The translations under genes were made by a program, and so were the position numbers. From contig JAKUQA010000007.1 in assembly GCA_022450525.1 (NCBI GenBank), positions 1,361 to 65,360 on the forward strand: a DNA stretch of 64,000 nucleotides, in the 5' to 3' direction. This DNA comes from Dehalococcoidia bacterium (GTDB taxonomy: Bacteria > Chloroflexota > Dehalococcoidia > Lucifugimonadales > UBA6952). Positions within the stretch are counted from its first letter, which is position 1. Every line of letters starts with the position of its first letter. The notes under the pieces were generated by a model, which saw only the letters and a program-made list of their open reading frames with translations, had not been told where the DNA came from and searched no databases. This document shows, in pieces, positions 60,948 to 64,000 of the stretch.

Positions 60948-61973
60948 TTGACTAATTCTACTCCTAATCTAAACTATGGCTCAATTTTATTTCTTGGTTC
61001 TGGTGAGACAGCATCAGCTGGACGTATATTACATGAGCAACTATTTCAAAAGCTTTCCAAGAAAAAAATAAATGTTGCAATATTGGAAACTCCGGCTGGT
61101 TTTGAACCCAATTCTGAACAAGTAGCCTCAGAAGTTTCTGATTTCTTCACAGAAAAACTCCAAAATTACCACCCTGATGTAAAAATTATCCCTGCTAGAA
61201 GACGTGATGGTAATTTTAGTACAAATTCTGAAGAAATAATTAGTGATATCAAATCTGCAGACCACATATATTTAGGTGCTGGAAGCCCAACATACTTAGT
61301 AAAACATTTAGAAGATACACTTGCTCTAGAGGCGCTTCATAATCAACACAAAAAAGGTTCGTCGATCTGTCTGACTAGTGCTTCTTCTATTGCTTTTGGG
61401 AAATGGACTCTACCAGTTTATGAAATATTCAAAGTCGGTTTGGATTTATACTGGCAAGATGGGTTAGATTTTTTTTCCAGATTTAATCTTGATTTATCTG
61501 TTATCCCTCATTGGAATAATAATGACGGTGGAAAAAAAATTGATACTAGCAGATGTTATTTAGGTAAAGAGAGGGTCGATAAACTTTTAAAAATGCTTCC
61601 AGATGAATCTGTTGTTTTAGGGCTAGATGAACACACAGGTTTGCTCTTAGACTTTTCCCATAAAGCTGTTAGTGTTGTGGGTAAAGGTTCTGTGCATCTC
61701 ATACAAGGTGGTTATGAAAAAATATATACCAACGGTGACGAATTCAAATTTGAAGATTTAGGAGATTTTACAATGCCTGAAGATGATCTCTCCTTATTAA
61801 ACAATTCAATACTCGAAGAAATTCCAAGAAATATTATTGAATTAGCAGAAAAGAGATTACAGTCAAGAAAAAATAAAGAATGGGATGAAGCCGATAGACT
61901 AAGGTCTAAAGTTTCTGAACTCGGTTATCAGATAGAAGATAATAATGATGGTTACAGTGTATCAAAATTATGA
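60948..61973 (+). CDS. Peptidase-S51 (PepE/cyanophycinase)-like domain fused to a CysRS-type C-terminal tail
   Basis: 341 aa. ADHIYLGAGSPTYLVKHL...ICLTSASSIAFG...VIPHW parallels PepE's IVIVGGGNTFQLL...YIGWSAGANLA...INPHF. The last ~47 aa, NIIELAEKRLQSRKNKEWDEADRLRSKVSELGYQIEDNNDGYSVSKL, parallel the E. coli CysRS C-terminus [47 protein letters not shown]. TTG start. Its stop overlaps the next ATG (ATGA). Confidence 0.6.
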   Translation: MTNSTPNLNYGSILFLGSGETASAGRILHEQLFQKLSKKKINVAILETPAGFEPNSEQVASEVSDFFTEKLQNYHPDVKIIPARRRDGNFSTNSEEIISDIKSADHIYLGAGSPTYLVKHLEDTLALEALHNQHKKGSSICLTSASSIAFGKWTLPVYEIFKVGLDLYWQDGLDFFSRFNLDLSVIPHWNNNDGGKKIDTSRCYLGKERVDKLLKMLPDESVVLGLDEHTGLLLDFSHKAVSVVGKGSVHLIQGGYEKIYTNGDEFKFEDLGDFTMPEDDLSLLNNSILEEIPRNIIELAEKRLQSRKNKEWDEADRLRSKVSELGYQIEDNNDGYSVSKL

Positions 61974-62497
61974 GATATATATATAAAATGTGGTATTTAT
62001 TTAATGGATTTTCATTTCTATGGGTATTAACTTTAGCTATATTGTTTTTTGGCGTGATTTTTTATAAATATATACCTCGCCCACAATTTGTAATCTTATT
62101 TACAGTATTAATTGGTAGTGTCTTTATTCTTTCACAATTTCTATATGCATCACGACAAACAGCTGGTATAAATTCTTATGAAAATGCTATTGATGAGATA
62201 CAAACCAAAGAATTTAACCTGGTATTTTTATACTCCAATTACTGAATTGGTTGCAAAACTGCAAAGCCGATCGTGGATCAGCTAGAAAAAGAATTAAAAA
62301 ATGAAATTAATGTAATTAGACTCGATGTTATGACTGAAGCAGGACGAGATTTCAGAGAAGAATTCTCTGTTCGTGTCACACCTGGATTTGTTTTAGTTAA
62401 TGATGAAAATAAAGAGTTATGGCAGTTTATTGGAATACCAAATTCCAAAACGTTCATAGAGAAAATCAAAAAAACAATAAAGGATACAAATGTATAA
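61970..62497 (+). CDS. Membrane-anchored thioredoxin-fold selenoprotein candidate (UxxC; in-frame TGA at 62243..62245 read as Sec)
   Basis: Track ORFs 61970..62245 and 62273..62497 are in the same frame and are separated only by one TGA. The joined 175-aa product has 2 TM helices, then ...LVFLYSNY-U-IGCKTAKPIVDQLEKEL...RVTPGFVLV...FIEKIKK. This is the Trx layout, with TGA at the first-Cys position of CxxC. Confidence 0.7.
62246..62285 (+). promoter_or_regulatory. Candidate SECIS region downstream of the first UGA
   Basis: Hairpin GGUUGC(A)-loop-(U)GCAA^AG^CC at 62249..62268, and mini-hairpin GAUC-GUG-GAUC at 62269..62279 (loop G 28 nt after the UGA). Both are conserved in the paralog. Not folded computationally. 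Confidence 0.35.
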
Positions 62498-63083
62498 ATT
62501 AAATTCTATATTTCCATCGAGCAAAATAACAATAGTTGTTCTTCTATTAACTACTATGATAACTATTCTTGGTTGTGGAGATTCTTCTACCGATACCACA
62601 TCAGATAAATCCGAATATGATATTAACTACGAAAACAAAGATTTGTCTGTAAAATCCATTACTGAAGATGCTAGTAGTAGCAATATTAATATAGCTCCAT
62701 TAGATTCCACTCCTAAGGTTCAAGACACAATTAATACTAATGAGCAAACAATCTCTCTGGAATCTGATAACTATTCAAAACAACTCGAAATAATAGAAAT
62801 TGATACAGACAACAAATTAAGTTTAGTTTTTCTATATTCAGACTACTGAATTGGTTGCACTAAAGCAAAACCGATCGTTGATCAGTTAGAGAATGAATTA
62901 AATCCTGAGATTGAAATCAAAAGGGTTGATATTCTTACTGAATTTGGTAATGAATTTAGTAACGAATACTCTATAAGTACACCAGGGTTTATATTACTAA
63001 ATAACTCAAACGAAGAATTATTGCGGTTTAGAGGGGTACCTAATAAGACGCAATTCGTTGAACGTTTAAAGGAATATATCTAA
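62490..63083 (+). CDS. Thioredoxin-fold lipoprotein selenoprotein candidate (UxxC; in-frame TGA at 62847..62849 read as Sec)
   Basis: The track ORF 62490..62849 ends ...LVFLYSDY at TGA. The same frame continues for 77 sense codons (IGCTKAKPIVDQLENELNPEIEIKRVDILTEFGNEFSNEYSISTPGFILLNNSNEELLRFRGVPNKTQFVERLKEYI) to TAA at 63081..63083. The N-terminus has a signal peptide with lipobox ILGC and a polar linker. The ATG overlaps the upstream stop. Confidence 0.7.
62850..62889 (+). promoter_or_regulatory. Candidate SECIS region downstream of the second UGA
   Basis: GGUUGC-ACUAAA-GCAA^AA^CC at 62853..62872, and GAUC-GUU-GAUC at 62873..62883. The architecture matches the first copy. Confidence 0.35.
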
Positions 63084-63091
63084 ATATATAA

Positions 63092-63490
63092 TTAACTTGA
63101 TGGTATTTCCATTATTTCAATTCTGCTACCATCTGGCGTCCCTATAAATGCTATAGACATACCAGTAGCTGGATTTACATTGGGACCTTCTAAGACACTT
63201 GCCCCAAGTGTTTCTAGTCTAGTTAGTTCCTTTTCCATATTATCAACTTCAATACCAAAATGTTCTATACCAAGATGAACTCCAGAACCTAATTCAGGTA
63301 AAACTTCATTAGTTCTAGCTCCTGATATATTTATCGCAACACCATCTTTTGTTTTACAACGTACAAATTGGTCTCCTGAGTCTCTGAATACGCTACTTAA
63401 TATTTCAAATTGAAATGCTTCAACATACCAATTTGCTACTTCCTCAGGATTTTGAGATTTAATATGTACATGATTAAATTTATATGCCAT
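63092..63490 (-). CDS. VOC-family (glyoxalase/bleomycin resistance/dioxygenase) protein
   Basis: 132 aa. N-terminal FNHVHIKSQNPEEVANWY and HFGIEVDN metal-ligand-type motifs. Confidence 0.7.
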   Translation of the reverse strand: MAYKFNHVHIKSQNPEEVANWYVEAFQFEILSSVFRDSGDQFVRCKTKDGVAINISGARTNEVLPELGSGVHLGIEHFGIEVDNMEKELTRLETLGASVLEGPNVNPATGMSIAFIGTPDGSRIEIMEIPSS

Positions 63491-63499
63491 TAGCTTCTC

Positions 63500-64000
63500 C
63501 TATTCATTGACGACTTTATTTGTAAGTATTCCTATATTTTCAACTTCTACTTCAACAATATCTCCATGGCTCATATTTTCTGGATGGCCAGATGTACCGG
63601 ACCATATCATATCTCCAGGAGATAATGTGATTGCTTGGCTTATAAAACTGATTAATTTCCCAAAGTTAAAAAACATATCAGATGTATATGCTTTTTGAAC
63701 TTCTTGTCCATTAACTCTTACAATCATTGCATTTTGCTCTCTAGGGTTGAATGAAGTTTCTATCCAGGGTCCAATAGGAGCGAATGTATCAGATCCTTTT
63801 GCTCTCCAGAATTCTCTATCATCTCTTTGCCATGTTCTTTCAGATATATCATTACCGCATGTGTATCCAAAAATATTATCCCATGCAGTATTCTCATCAG
63901 CACGTCTGGTTGTTTTCCCTATAACAGCAATGCACTCACCTTCATATTGAATACCACTAGGTGAATCTTTAGGAATAACTACATTTTCTCCTTCTCCAAT
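63500..64000 (-). CDS. Fumarylacetoacetate hydrolase (FAH) family protein, partial (N-terminus beyond window end)
   Basis: The track lists only the M-started tail 63500..63727. The frame is open to the window edge and reads ..IGEGENVVIPKDSPSGIQYEGECIAVIGKTTRRADENTAWDNIFGYTCGNDISERTWQRDDREFWRAKGSDTFAPIGPWIE..., which is typical of the FAH family. Confidence 0.85.
   Translation of the reverse strand: MGEGENVVIPKDSPSGIQYEGECIAVIGKTTRRADENTAWDNIFGYTCGNDISERTWQRDDREFWRAKGSDTFAPIGPWIETSFNPREQNAMIVRVNGQEVQKAYTSDMFFNFGKLISFISQAITLSPGDMIWSGTSGHPENMSHGDIVEVEVENIGILTNKVVNE

Noticed and set aside
61970-63083. Alternative explanations for the in-frame TGAs: a reassigned genetic code (TGA = Trp or Gly), or two frameshifted/decayed pseudogenes
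   Set aside because: - TGA terminates several well-conserved genes in this window at their expected C-termini (lepA, galU, 52067..52069, 61971..61973). Global reassignment is therefore unlikely.
- The TGA aligns with the catalytic Cys, not with the Trp of WCxxC.
- Both paralogs keep the TGA in the same column, with long intact downstream frames and a conserved protein sequence. That is not the pattern of decay.
- A sequencing error of TGC/TGT to TGA at the same site in both copies is improbable, but I cannot exclude it.

Overview
This is an AT-rich, very gene-dense chromosomal window with about 70 CDS and many overlapping or abutting genes. It looks like a streamlined, probably marine bacterium. 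One stand-alone 16S rRNA gene lies on the minus strand at 16687..18190 and is visibly more GC-rich than its flanks. From memory, its sequence looks Chloroflexota/Dehalococcoidia-like (for example ACGTAGGAGGCAAGCGTTGTCCGGATTTATTGGGCGTAAAG). That is an inference, not a database search.

Most of the content is housekeeping:
- A T-box-controlled ilvBNC-leuACD operon followed by tgt.
- argC, nth, thiE, thiL, rnhB, mnmA, rsfS, ndk, tsaB/tsaE, lepA, galU, rsmA-ispE and thyX.
- An lpd-E1alpha-E1beta-E2 2-oxoacid dehydrogenase operon and a sufBCDSU operon.
- Peptide-type ABC components, three tRNAs (Glu-TTC, Lys-CTT, Leu-TAG) and a Bacillus-type large SRP RNA.
- Catabolic-looking genes: family III CoA-transferases, many MaoC/hotdog proteins, an amidase, an FAH-family protein and a VOC protein.

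I saw no transposases, integrases, CRISPR arrays or recognisable defence genes.

The stand-out is at 60.9-63.1 kb. Two tandem thioredoxin-fold genes, one membrane-anchored and one a lipoprotein, are each interrupted by an in-frame TGA exactly where the first Cys of the CxxC redox motif should be. The frame stays open after the TGA for 83 and 77 codons. I read these as UxxC selenoproteins that the ORF track splits or truncates. They are translationally coupled to an unusual upstream gene that fuses a peptidase-S51-like domain to a CysRS-type C-terminal tail.

Secondary points:
- A compact NIL / MoaD-like (C-terminus GG-K) / small protein / amidase module sits directly downstream of the unlinked 16S.
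- A PHP + split-hotdog + tandem CoA-transferase cluster is present.
- Several ORF-track start codons should be moved, at 19246, 25823, 30874, 34575, 40568, 45509, 47247 and 56817.
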